A DNA stretch of 64,000 nucleotides from Candidatus Latescibacterota bacterium. Its GTDB lineage: Bacteria > Krumholzibacteriota > Krumholzibacteriia > WVZY01 > JAKEHA01. Below are positions 31,094-42,400 of the stretch, one piece after another. The notes below the pieces were generated by a model. The model saw only the letters and a program-made list of their open reading frames with translations, ran no database searches and had not been told where the DNA came from. Every line of letters starts with the position of its first letter. The first letter of the stretch is position 1. The stretch is from the NCBI GenBank assembly GCA_963707635.1, contig OY970173.1:288001-352000 (forward strand), written 5' to 3'. Both the position numbers and the translations under genes were made by a program.

Positions 31094-32002
31094 CTAGTTG
31101 GAAGAAACTTCCAGCGTCGCGCTCTGGTAGTCGAGACACGCGACCAGGGCCGCGATGGCGACTTCCAGCATATCATCGGAGGGTTCGGCTGTCGTGACCT
31201 TTTGGAGCGTGAGCCCCGGCCACACGGCGGGCTTGAGGAAGCGGGCGAATTTCTCTTTCGCGGAGAGACGGATGAACTCGAACGAGATGCCCCCGATCAC
31301 CGGGATGAAGGCGAAGCGCAACAGCCGGTCGCCCCACGTCTCGGGTTTGCCGAGGAGCGCGAACACGAAAATGCTCACCAGCATGACCACCAGCAGAAAG
31401 CTCGTGCCGCAGCGCGGGTGGAGCGTCGTATAGGGGCGCGCGTTCGCCACCGTCAGGTCCTGGCCGTTCTCGAACGTGTAGATGGTCTTGTGCTCGGCGC
31501 CGTGGTACTGGAATATGCGCCGCATTTCCTTCCAGCGCGAGATGAGGAGCAGGTACCCGAGGAAGATGACGAGCCGGAACGCGCCGTCGATCAGATTGAA
31601 CGCGAGGCTGCCCTGGACTCCCGTGAGTTCGGTGAGCCACAGCGGCAGGTAGAAGAACAGGGCGAAGCCGGCGCCCAGCGCGAACACGACCGACCCGAAA
31701 ATGGCCAGGTTGGATGCGGTGCTGGCTTTCGGCTTGGGATCGCTGTTCTCGTCCGCCGCCTGCGACGCGGAGTACGAGAGCGACTGGATCCCGATCCACA
31801 TCATCTCGACCAGGCCGATCGCCCCGCGGACGATGGGAATATTGAGAAACTTGAAACGATGCGTCAGCGACCGGTAGCGGTTCTTCTGGATGACGATGGT
31901 CCCCTGCGGCGTCCGCACGGCGGTCGCGTAGTAGGTGGGCGACCGCATCATCACGCCCTCGATGACCGCCTGGCCACCGACGTAGAAGCGTTTGTCCGCC
32001 AT
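31094..32002 (-). CDS. DUF1385 family membrane protein
   Basis: GGQAVIEGVMM, FQYHGAEHK, HPRCGTSF; usual rpmE-DUF1385-prfA context. Confidence 0.92.
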   Translation of the reverse strand: MADKRFYVGGQAVIEGVMMRSPTYYATAVRTPQGTIVIQKNRYRSLTHRFKFLNIPIVRGAIGLVEMMWIGIQSLSYSASQAADENSDPKPKASTASNLAIFGSVVFALGAGFALFFYLPLWLTELTGVQGSLAFNLIDGAFRLVIFLGYLLLISRWKEMRRIFQYHGAEHKTIYTFENGQDLTVANARPYTTLHPRCGTSFLLVVMLVSIFVFALLGKPETWGDRLLRFAFIPVIGGISFEFIRLSAKEKFARFLKPAVWPGLTLQKVTTAEPSDDMLEVAIAALVACLDYQSATLEVSSN

Positions 32003-32011
32003 CGAAAGTGG

Positions 32012-32275
32012 CTACTCTTCGGTCGTGCCGGTGTCTTTGTATTTGTACTTCGCGCGGAAACGCTCGACGCGGCCCGCCGTGTCGACGAACTTGCGCTTAC
32101 CGGTGTAGAACGGGTGCGACGCCGACGAAATCTCCATGCGGACCACGAAGTGCTTGACCCCGTCGATGTCGCGGGTCTCGTTGCTCTTCATGGTCGAGCG
32201 GGTGACGAACTCGGCGCCGACGCTGGGGTCGACAAAGACCACCGGGTGGTACTGGGGATGGATTTCTTTCTTCAT
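32012..32275 (-). CDS. rpmE: 50S ribosomal protein L31, type B (no zinc ribbon)
   Basis: MKKEIHPQY...EISSASHPFYTG..KFVDTAGRVERF; 87 aa, no Cys. Confidence 0.95.
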   Translation of the reverse strand: MKKEIHPQYHPVVFVDPSVGAEFVTRSTMKSNETRDIDGVKHFVVRMEISSASHPFYTGKRKFVDTAGRVERFRAKYKYKDTGTTEE

Positions 32276-32317
32276 GATCCTTCTGGTCTCCTGCCAATCG
32301 TGTTTTCGGAAACAAGC

Positions 32318-32346
32318 ATTATAGCCGCTGCCGGGCACGGGCACAA
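32318..32346 (-). promoter_or_regulatory. sigma70-type promoter of the rpmE-prfA operon
   Basis: TTGTGC-17 nt-TATAAT. Confidence 0.6.
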
Positions 32347-32357
32347 GGCCCGCGCGG

Positions 32358-33419
32358 CTAGCGCAGCTGCTGGTAGCGCGCCAGCGCCTCGGTCGCCTTG
32401 TCCTTGTCGCCCAGCTCGCTGTAGCAGCGCGCCAGGTACTGCCAGCCCTTGGGGTCGCTCGGGCTGATGCTCGCGTACTTCTCCCCCCACACCGACGCGT
32501 TCCCCCAGTCTTCTTTGGCCATGTTCGCCACCATGAGGTTGAAGACCGTCGAAGGCTCGTCCGGCTGCACACCCAGCGCCTTCTCGTAGTAGCCGATGGC
32601 CTCGTCGATCTTCGCCGGGTCTTCCTTGCGCAGGTTGAAATCGGCAACGCCGAGGTTGTAGTACAGATTGAAATCCTCGGACCCGACTTTCGCGCGCGCA
32701 TCCGCCGCCATCTTCAGGAACACTTCGGCGCCTTTCCAGTTCTGCTCATTGACCAGGTCGGTCCCGATCTCCTCGATCACCTGGAATTTTGACGGGTCCT
32801 CCTGGATCAGGCGGGTGAACCGGGCCACCGCTTCGTCCTCGCGGCCGAGCTCGACGAGCTGGCGCCCGGCGAGCTGTAGCGCCTTGGTGTAGTTCGGATC
32901 GGCCGGGGTGGAAAGCGCGAGCACCTTGTCGGCCTCGGCGAGCGACTTCTCGTGGTAGGTCGAATCCGAATCGGCGAGGCGCGAATAGGTGACCGCCAGA
33001 TTGTAGTGGGCGGTGGCCTGGGTCGGGTCCGCCTGGGTCGCCAGACCGAATTCCGTGGCCGCGCTGGCGAAGTCGTCGCGGGCGAACGCATTCTGCGCCA
33101 CCTTATAGTGGCGCGCGTAGTTGCTCGCAACGTTGTCGGCGACGTCGTTCGCTTTCTTCGGGTCGAGCTCCTTCGCCGTCATGAAGTGCTGGTAGGCGAG
33201 GGCCACGCTGTCGAGCTTGCTGTAGGCAAACGCGATCTGGAAGTGCGCCTTGGAGTCCTTCGGGTCCTTCGCCAGCGCCTTCTTGAGAATCACAACCGCT
33301 TCCGGGTACTGGCCGTTCTGATTGTAGATGGTTCCGCTGGTCGTCTCCGTCCCCGCGACCGCCACCGCGGCCCAGATCATCGCCACACCCAAAATCAAAA
33401 ATGTTTTCATAGTGCCCAT
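32358..33419 (-). CDS. Exported TPR protein (paralog A, cleavable signal peptide)
   Basis: SD GGAGG before ATG 33419; signal without Cys (AAVAVA); repeated TPR motifs (AHYNLA, YYNLG). Confidence 0.85.
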   Translation of the reverse strand: MGTMKTFLILGVAMIWAAVAVAGTETTSGTIYNQNGQYPEAVVILKKALAKDPKDSKAHFQIAFAYSKLDSVALAYQHFMTAKELDPKKANDVADNVASNYARHYKVAQNAFARDDFASAATEFGLATQADPTQATAHYNLAVTYSRLADSDSTYHEKSLAEADKVLALSTPADPNYTKALQLAGRQLVELGREDEAVARFTRLIQEDPSKFQVIEEIGTDLVNEQNWKGAEVFLKMAADARAKVGSEDFNLYYNLGVADFNLRKEDPAKIDEAIGYYEKALGVQPDEPSTVFNLMVANMAKEDWGNASVWGEKYASISPSDPKGWQYLARCYSELGDKDKATEALARYQQLR

Positions 33420-33446
33420 AATATAACCCTCCGGTGCCTGTCTGGC

Positions 33447-33480
33447 AAAGAGGCCCCACCTGGGGTGGGCGGGGCCCCTT
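33447..33480 (-). terminator. Hairpin terminator after rho
   Basis: AAGGGGCCCCGCC...GGTGGGGCCTCTTT on the minus strand. Confidence 0.55.
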
Positions 33481-33510
33481 CCCTGCACTACGGCGCGTTG
33501 CCGTAGCCCC

Positions 33511-34758
<1,248 letters not shown>

Positions 34759-35051
34759 TCGCTTTGCTCCTAGTGACACGATAGGTGGGTCGGGCTTATG
34801 AACCGCCCGATAGGGTGAGGGTTAACGGCTGCTAACGGTGGTTACAACCCCGTCCTGGATTGAATGCCTTGTCGCCACTTCCGGCGCGGATTGATAGTTG
34901 TCGGGAGTTCGTGCAATCGATTCGATAGCAAGGGTCTGCGCGCTCGCGGTGCTGCCGGCGCGCCCCTGGCCGCGCCGCCCGGAGGCGGACGCAGCAAGTC
35001 GCGTTCCACAACCCTGGCCGCGCGTTCTGTTCACTGGTTCCTATTTGCCGG

Positions 35052-36113
35052 TCAGCGCAACTGTTCGTAGCGCGCCAGGGCCTCTCGCGCTTTTTCCTTG
35101 TCGCCCAGCTCGCTGTAGCAGCGCGCCAGGTACTGCCACCCCTTGGCGTCGGCGGAGCTGACACTGACGTACTTCTCTCCCCAGCTCGCCGCGTTACCCC
35201 AGTCTTCCTTCGCCATGTACGCGACTTGAATATTGAACACGGTGGATGCGTCGTCGGGCGTGATCGCGAGCGCTTTCTCGTAACTGGCGATGGCTTCGTC
35301 GATCATCGCCGGGTTTTGCGCCCGCAGCCGGTACTGCGCGACACCAAGGTTGTAGTACGTGTTGAAGTCCTCGACGCCCGCCTTCTTGCGCGCATCCGCC
35401 GCCAGCTTGAGAAAAACCGCCGCGCCCTTCCAATTCTCCGCGTTCAACAACTCCGTCCCGATTTCCTCGATCACCGCGAAACTGGTCGGGTCCTCCTCGA
35501 CCAGACGGCTGAAGCGGTTGACAGCTTCGCTCTCGCGGCCCAGCTCGACGAGCTGGCGGCCGGCGAGCTGCAGCGCCTTGGTATAATTGCCCTCGCTCGG
35601 GTTCGAAAGCTCCAGCACTTTGTCGGCCTCGACGAGCGCCTTCTCGTGATACGTCGAGTCCGTCTCCGCCAGTCTCGCATACGCGACCGCCAGGTTGTAG
35701 TGCGCCGTCGCTTGCGTGGGATCGGCTTGGGTCGCCAGACCGAACTCGGTGGCCGCCGCCGCGAAGTCCTCGCGGGTGAACGAACTCTGCCCGAGCTTGT
35801 AGTGCTTCGCGTAGTTGTGCTGGATGTTGTCTGCTACGTTGGTCGCCTTCTTGGGATCCAGTTCCTTCGCCTTCATGAAGTGCTCGTAGGCGAGGGCCAC
35901 GCTGTCGAGCTGCGAATACGCGTATCCCATCTGAAAATGCGCCTCGGCGTCGTTCGGGTTGGCAGCCAGCGCCTTGCGCCCCAGAGCCAACGCCATGTCG
36001 TAGTTGCCCTCCTGGTTGCGCAGCACCATGCTGGTGGTGTCGACCGACTTGCAGCCGGCCAAGGCTGCCACGGCGAGCGCGCCGAACACCAGGAAAGACC
36101 GCATACGCTTCAT
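35052..36113 (-). CDS. TPR lipoprotein (paralog B)
   Basis: Lipobox LAGC; colinear with 32358..33419; TPR motifs. Confidence 0.85.
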   Translation of the reverse strand: MKRMRSFLVFGALAVAALAGCKSVDTTSMVLRNQEGNYDMALALGRKALAANPNDAEAHFQMGYAYSQLDSVALAYEHFMKAKELDPKKATNVADNIQHNYAKHYKLGQSSFTREDFAAAATEFGLATQADPTQATAHYNLAVAYARLAETDSTYHEKALVEADKVLELSNPSEGNYTKALQLAGRQLVELGRESEAVNRFSRLVEEDPTSFAVIEEIGTELLNAENWKGAAVFLKLAADARKKAGVEDFNTYYNLGVAQYRLRAQNPAMIDEAIASYEKALAITPDDASTVFNIQVAYMAKEDWGNAASWGEKYVSVSSADAKGWQYLARCYSELGDKEKAREALARYEQLR

Positions 36114-36327
36114 CGACCTGCCCTCCACGGCGCAGGCAAACCAGGGCCGCGTCGGACCCGGCCAGAACCATCACTCAACGGTTGTTTTCAGAGCAACCCA
36201 TTCCCGCGGGTTGAAGAGGCGCTAGTAATCTCTTGATGATTATCCCGGGCCGCCCGATCTATTTGGGCGCCGCCGAGGTGGGTCGTAGTGGATCCATGCA
36301 CCGGGGATGGACCTGTCGTACGCCCTC

Positions 36328-36356
36328 ATTAAACGAGACGCGGCAGCCACTGTCAA
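36328..36356 (-). promoter_or_regulatory. sigma70-type promoter, ~210 nt upstream of the TPR lipoprotein gene
   Basis: TTGACA-17 nt-TTTAAT. Confidence 0.65.
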
Positions 36357-36426
36357 GGCGTATTTTCCCTGCCCCGAGTGCCTCAACCGCGAATGGCAAC
36401 AGATGTTAGGCGTGTGGCGCAGATCC

Positions 36427-36522
36427 GGGGCGGGACGCAGCTTCCTGCTTCGCTCAGGTCCTCGCGCGCGACAGTTGGAAGCGCGCCTGCGGATTCGCTC
36501 CGCAGGAACTGCGTCCCGCCCC
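36427..36522. repeat. Dispersed hairpin element, copy 2
   Basis: 21-bp arms with one bulge, GGGGCGGGACGCAG(C)TTCCTGC/GCAGGAACTGCGTCCCGCCCC; core GTCCTC-G-CGCGC-N11-GCGCG-C-CTGCGGA. Confidence 0.85.
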
Positions 36523-36526
36523 CCCT

Positions 36527-38782
36527 TTAGAGGAAGGATTCAGGGTCCACGTCCCAGCGAAGCTCGATCGTCCGGGTGCCCTTGCGCTTTTCGATCAGGC
36601 GCCGATACGCGCCCAGGACCGCGTCCTTGTCCGCCTGCGCGATCGGTCCCTTCAGGAGCATCTGCTCCCGGTACCGGTTCTTGACGCGCGGGATCAACGG
36701 CGCGGTCGGCCCGAGGACGACGACGCGCCGCTCGGCCAGCAGCTGCCGGCTCGCCGCCGCCCATTCTTCCATGAAGGCGTTGAGCAGCTCCGCGCTGACG
36801 GCGCTGCACGACGCCATCACGATGCGCGCGAAGGGTGGATAGTTCAGCGTGCGTCGCACCTCCAGCTCTTCGGTCATGAACGCGTCATAGTCGTGCGACT
36901 GCAGGTAGCGAAAAACCGGGTGATCGGGGCAATACGACTGGATGATGACGCCGCCCAGCGGCCCGCCTCGCCCGGAACGGCCCGCCACCTGGGTCAGCTG
37001 CTGGAAGGTGCGTTCGGCGGAACGAAAGTCGGGAAAATTGAGCCCTTCCTCCGCGCTCACCACCCCCACCAGCTCGACGCCCGGAAAATGGTGGCCCTTC
37101 GTGACCATCTGCGTCCCGAGCAGAATCGGATACTGCCCGGTGCTGAAGTCCTCCAGAATGCGGCGGTGGCCGTCCTTGCCCGCGGTGGTGTCGGCGTCCA
37201 TGCGCAGCACGGCGACGCCGGGCAGCAACGCCTTCAATTCCAGCTCGACGCGCTGGGTGCCGGTACCTGCGTAGCGGAGCTGGCGGCTTGCGCAGGTGTC
37301 GCACTGCGCGGGCGAGGCGCGCTCGTAGCCGCACAGGTGGCACTTCAGACGGTCGCCCACGCGGTGGAAGGTGAGCGAGACGTCGCAATTCTTGCACATC
37401 GCCAGCCATCCGCACGCGCTGCACTGCACGTAGCGCGCGTGCCCCCGCTTGTTGAGAAAGACGATGCTCTGCTTGCCGCTGCGAATGGTCCGCTCGAGCC
37501 GTTCGACCAGGCGCGGGGAGAGGACCGTGCCGCGCGCGTCCGGCTCGCGCATGTCGACCAGTTCGATCTCCGGCAGCGCTCCTCCGCCCACGCGCTCCGG
37601 CATGCGCGCGAGCTGGTATTTTTTCTCGAGCGCGTGGCGCAGCGATTCCGCGGACGGGGTTGCCGAACCGAGCAGCACGGTCAGCTTTTCGTTGCGTCCG
37701 CGGACCAGCGCGACGCTGCGTGCGTGATACCTCGGCTTGTCGTCCTGCTTGTACGACTCGTCCTGCTCTTCGTCCACGATGATGAGACGGAGGTCGCGCA
37801 CCGGGCTGAACACCGCCGAGCGCGGCCCCACCACCACCCGGTTCTCTCCGCGCACGATGCGCTCCCAGATCTCGAAACGTTCCGGACCGGTGAGCCGGCT
37901 GTGGATGATGGCGACGAGGTCCCCGAACACCCGCCGGTAGCGGGCGGTGGCCTGCGGCAACAGCCCGATTTCGGGCACCAGCACGATGCACCCGCCGCCC
38001 TCGTCGAGCGCGTGGCGCGCCGCGCGCAGATACACTTCCGTCTTGCCGCTCCCGGTGACGCCGTGGATCAGGGTGGGGCGAAATTCGCGCGCGCGCAGCG
38101 CGTCGACCACGGTAGCCAGCGTTCGCGTCTGCGCGCCGGTCAACTGCTCGACGCGGGTCTCCAGGCTATCGAGCGGCGACGACGACGCAACCGCGTCGAT
38201 GCGCAGCATCCCGCGCGCAACCATCCCGTCGAGAATCTCGCGCGCGTAGCCCCACTCGCCGAGCACCACCGGAACCGGCGCTTCTCCGCCGGCGCTGAGC
38301 AGCTCGGTGAGGAGGGCGAGCTGGCGCCGGGCGCGCGCCAGTGTGCGCTGCGCGGCGGCATACGCCTCGCTTCCCTCTCCGCCCGAGCGTAGCTCCAGGT
38401 TCGACACGCTCACGATCCCGGTCGGCTTCGCCGTCACCTTCGTGCGGCGGAGGCTCGGCGGGAGCACCGCCTGCACCGCCTCGCCGATGGAGCACCCGTA
38501 GTACGAAGCGATCCAGCGCGCCAGCTCGAGCAGCGTCGCCGGGAGGTAGGTCTCCTGCAGTTCTCGAATGGGACGAATGCGGGGGACATCGGCCGCTTCG
38601 GTCAGGGCGACGACCACGCCGCTCATCGCGCGCTTGCCGAAGGGAACGTCGACGCGGCAACCGACGAACACGCGCCCCGCGAGGGCGTCGGGGATCTCGT
38701 AGGTGAACGGCTGGTCGACGGGAATCGGGAGGACGACGCGCGCATAACGCGGCGTCGACGTCACCAGGAGATCAAGCGTCAT
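36527..38782 (-). CDS. priA: Primosomal protein N'
   Basis: GVTGSGKTEVY, LVPEI, DEEQD, four CxxC pairs, GTQMVTKGHHFP, QVAGRSGR, WDVDP. Confidence 0.97.
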   Translation of the reverse strand: MTLDLLVTSTPRYARVVLPIPVDQPFTYEIPDALAGRVFVGCRVDVPFGKRAMSGVVVALTEAADVPRIRPIRELQETYLPATLLELARWIASYYGCSIGEAVQAVLPPSLRRTKVTAKPTGIVSVSNLELRSGGEGSEAYAAAQRTLARARRQLALLTELLSAGGEAPVPVVLGEWGYAREILDGMVARGMLRIDAVASSSPLDSLETRVEQLTGAQTRTLATVVDALRAREFRPTLIHGVTGSGKTEVYLRAARHALDEGGGCIVLVPEIGLLPQATARYRRVFGDLVAIIHSRLTGPERFEIWERIVRGENRVVVGPRSAVFSPVRDLRLIIVDEEQDESYKQDDKPRYHARSVALVRGRNEKLTVLLGSATPSAESLRHALEKKYQLARMPERVGGGALPEIELVDMREPDARGTVLSPRLVERLERTIRSGKQSIVFLNKRGHARYVQCSACGWLAMCKNCDVSLTFHRVGDRLKCHLCGYERASPAQCDTCASRQLRYAGTGTQRVELELKALLPGVAVLRMDADTTAGKDGHRRILEDFSTGQYPILLGTQMVTKGHHFPGVELVGVVSAEEGLNFPDFRSAERTFQQLTQVAGRSGRGGPLGGVIIQSYCPDHPVFRYLQSHDYDAFMTEELEVRRTLNYPPFARIVMASCSAVSAELLNAFMEEWAAASRQLLAERRVVVLGPTAPLIPRVKNRYREQMLLKGPIAQADKDAVLGAYRRLIEKRKGTRTIELRWDVDPESFL

Positions 38783-38812
38783 GCGGTGGAGTATACACCG
38801 TGTGGGGAGGCA

Positions 38813-38905
38813 AGGTGGGATGCACTCCCTCTGCCGCCGTCCTCCCGCGCAGGTTGTTGAAATGCGCGACTGCGGATTGGCGGTGCGAGGGAGTGCATCC
38901 CACCT
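38813..38905. repeat. Dispersed hairpin element, copy 3
   Basis: Perfect 19-bp arms AGGTGGGATGCACTCCCTC/GAGGGAGTGCATCCCACCT; core GTCCTC-C-CGCGC-N13-GCGCG-A-CTGCGGA. Confidence 0.85.
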
Positions 38906-39032
38906 CGGGCAGGCGATATATCGGGCGAGCGCGATTTCGCGAGTCGCGCATACCAGCGTGTACGCGCGAGCGCATGAGCGCGGAGTCCGATATGTCGCCT
39001 GCCGCGCACGCGCGCGAACATGGGGAAGCGAA

Positions 39033-39410
39033 CTACTTGCGAACGCCGAGGATCTCCTGGATGCGATCGATCAGGCGGCTCGGGCTGAACGGCTTCACGA
39101 TGTAATCCACCGCGCCGACCTCGTACCCCAGGCGCTTGTCGAGGTCCCGTCCCTTGGCCGTGAGCAACACCACCGGGATGTTCTTCGTGTCGGGGTCGCG
39201 TTTCAGGCGGCGGCACGTCTCGTAGCCGTCGAGGACCGGCATCATGACGTCCAGCACGACCAGGTTCGGCCGTTCTTGCTTCGCCTTTTCGATGGCGAGC
39301 TCGCCGTTGTTGGCCGTGATCACCTCGAAGCCTTCCGCGCCCAGGCTGAAATCCAGGATGTGCAGAATGTACACCTCGTCGTCGACTACCAAAATCTTCC
39401 CGAGCGCCAT
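39033..39410 (-). CDS. Stand-alone response regulator receiver domain
   Basis: VVDDE, LDVMMP (phospho-Asp), LTA, KPF; SD GGAGG. Confidence 0.93.
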   Translation of the reverse strand: MALGKILVVDDEVYILHILDFSLGAEGFEVITANNGELAIEKAKQERPNLVVLDVMMPVLDGYETCRRLKRDPDTKNIPVVLLTAKGRDLDKRLGYEVGAVDYIVKPFSPSRLIDRIQEILGVRK

Positions 39411-39440
39411 GCCAGTCCTCCTTGCAAACGTCTCTCGCCC

Positions 39441-42400
39441 TTAGCGAACCAATGGATCGAGTTCCGCCGGTCCTTCGACCTGCGGGTACTCGCTCTGGAA
39501 TTTCTCCGCGTGCCGTTGCACCGCTGCCACGAACGCTTCGACCACCTTCGGGTCGAAGAGCGTGCCCGCGCGGTGTCGAAGCACCTCGACAGCCTCGTTC
39601 ACGCTGTATTGCTTCTGGTACGGCCGGTGCGAAATCAGCGCCCGGAACGTATCCGCCACCCGGATGATGCGCGCGTCCATCGGGATCTCGTCGCCCGACA
39701 ACTTGCCCGGGTATCCGCTGCCGTCGTAATTCTCGTGGTGGTAGAGCACGGCGTCGCGCACGCGCGGAATGAACTCGATCGGCCGGAGCATGTCCGTGCC
39801 GACGATCGTGTGCTGCTCGACGCTGAAGCGATCCTCGTGTGTCAACTCGCGCGGCTGGTTGATGATGTTCTGGCCCACCTTTGCCAGCCCGAGGTCGTAC
39901 ACGTTGAACACGTAGCGCAGGGTCGCGTTCTCCTCGGCGCTCATCCCGAGCGTCTCGGCTACGTCGCGCAGCGCGAGCGAAAGCGCGTCGGCGTTGCGAG
40001 CGTTGACGTACCGCTTGGCGTCCAGAATCGACTTGAAGGTCGAGCGGACGTCTTCGAACTCGCGCGAGCGCTCCTTGAAACGTGACAACGCGTCGAGGGC
40101 CAGCACCACGCGATCCGCGAAGAGTTCCAGCAGCGCGTGGTCCGCGTCGTCCAGGGTGTCGCGGCCGACCGGGTCGGTCACGTTGATCACGCCGACCACC
40201 CGACCGTCCTTGCGCACCGGCACCGAGAGGAACGACTTCGATTCGTAGCGGCGCACGCCGGCCACGTCGCGCAGTCGACGGTCGTGCCCGACGTCGCGCA
40301 CGAGGCAGGCGTTGTTTTCCTGCGCCACCAGCCCGGCGACGGACTCGCCCAGCTTGACTCGCGCGTGCTGCACGACGTCTTCGTCGAGGCCGATGGCGGT
40401 GTCGATGCGCAGCTCGTGGCCGTCGCCGTCGACCATCATGAGCGACGCGCGCTTGACGTTGAGCAGCTCCGCGATCAGTTCGACCACGAGTTCCATGTAC
40501 CGCTCCACCTCGAAGCGACGCGTGGGCACGTAGTCGCTCAAGAGCTCGCTGCGCACGACCGCCTGCTTCTTCGGGACCACCACCACGAAGCGCGCGCCCT
40601 TGCCGGACACGTTTTCCACCCAGATGCGGCCGTCGTGCCATTCCACGATGTTCTTGCAGATTGCCAGCCCGATGCCGGTGCCGCCGTGCCGCCGCGTCGT
40701 GCCGCCGTCCGCCTGGTGGAAATGATCGAATATCTTCTCGATCTGGTCTTCCGGAATCCCGATGCCGTTGTCCTCCACGATGATCCGCGCGCTCACGACC
40801 TCGTCTTCGAGGCGCACCCAGACCTTGCCGCCCTCGGGCGTGAACTTGGAGGCGTTGTGCAGCAAATTGATGACGAGCTGCTTCATCAGGTCGCGCTCCG
40901 CACGCACCTTGACTTCGGTCGGCGGGAGCTGCGCGTGGAGCGTGATGTGTTTGCTCTCGAAGTTCTTTTCCAGCTCGTTGGCCGCGATCGACACGATCTC
41001 GTTGAGGCTGCACGACGTGCGCTCGAAGCGCACCGCCCCGGACTCCATCTGCGAGAAGTCGAGAATGTCCTCGATCAGTGACATGAGCCGGTTGCTTTCC
41101 TCTTCGATGACGATGAGAAACTCCTTCATGATCGGCCGGTCAATCGACTCCGCGTTCCGAAGCAGGGTCTCGCAGTAGGCCTTGATGGACGTGAGCGGCG
41201 TGCGGAATTCGTGCGAGATGGTCGCCACGAAGTTCGACTTCATCTTGTTGAGCCCCGAGAGCTTTTCTGCGTATTGCTTCAGCTTCTCGTTCTTTTCCCC
41301 CACCTCGCGGTACCGGTTCAGATTGCGAATGGCGATGGTCGCCAGGGTGGAGATGGTTTCGAGCGTGTCGATGACTTCCACCACCGAGCGTTCGGGGTCT
41401 TCCGGCTCCTCGACCGAAATGTATCCAATGGTCGCCTCACCGGCGTCGTCGTCGACGAGCGGCACGATCAGGCGCTCGACATCGACCCAGTGGTCCTGCA
41501 CCAGTTCGGGCGCCCGCTCGTCTCCCGCCGCTCCCGACGCCGGGGGTGCGGCGGGCAGGAAGTAGCTCCGGCTCACGCGGAAGCGCGGCTCGATCATCAT
41601 TTCGTACTCGGCCAGCGAGATGCGGTGATTCATGACCGCGTCCTGCGCCTCGAGATTCAAGCCGACGTACGCCTTGGGCTCGAAACTCTGGGTGCGCTCG
41701 TTCAGCACGCGAATGATCACCGAATCGAATCCGAGACTTTCCCGCACCAGTTCCGCCACCATCTGCAGGAGTTCCTTCACGTTCTTGTGCTGCTGGATAC
41801 GGATGCCGATTTCTAGCATGCGCTCCAGATCTTCCACCTGCCGTCGCAGCGCGCGCGAATGGTCGTGCTGCCGGCGAATCATCGAGCTGGAGTCCTCGTA
41901 CATATCCGAAGCCACCCGGTTCAGAAGCGTCAGCTCCGCGCGCGCCTGTTCGGCCTCGCGGCCGGTGTCCTGCACCTCGTGACGCAGTCGCGAACCCAGG
42001 ACGATGTAATTCGTCTGCAGCGACAGGAGGCCCGCCACCAGCGCGAGAATGTCGGTTATCTGCGCGGCCTTGATCAGGGTGGCCGCCGAAGGGCCGCCCG
42101 CCGCGCCGGCCGCCACCACGAACAGCCACGACGCGGTGAGCGCGCTGGTCAGCACGAACAGCGCCGAGCGCACTTCCTTGCCCGCTGACCGCGCGACCAG
42201 AAAGAGCGCGCCGCTCACCCTCACCGTCGCGCCCAGCGTGATCGCGGCGAGGAATCCGAGCCAGGTGAACTTCACGCCGCTGGCCTGCGGAACCACCGCG
42301 TATGCCAGCCCGCCGATCAGGCCGAATACGACCGCCTGGTAGCGCGCGGAGCGCCATTCGTCGTAGTGCGTGCGCGGCGCCGGCGTCCCTTCTTCTTCCC

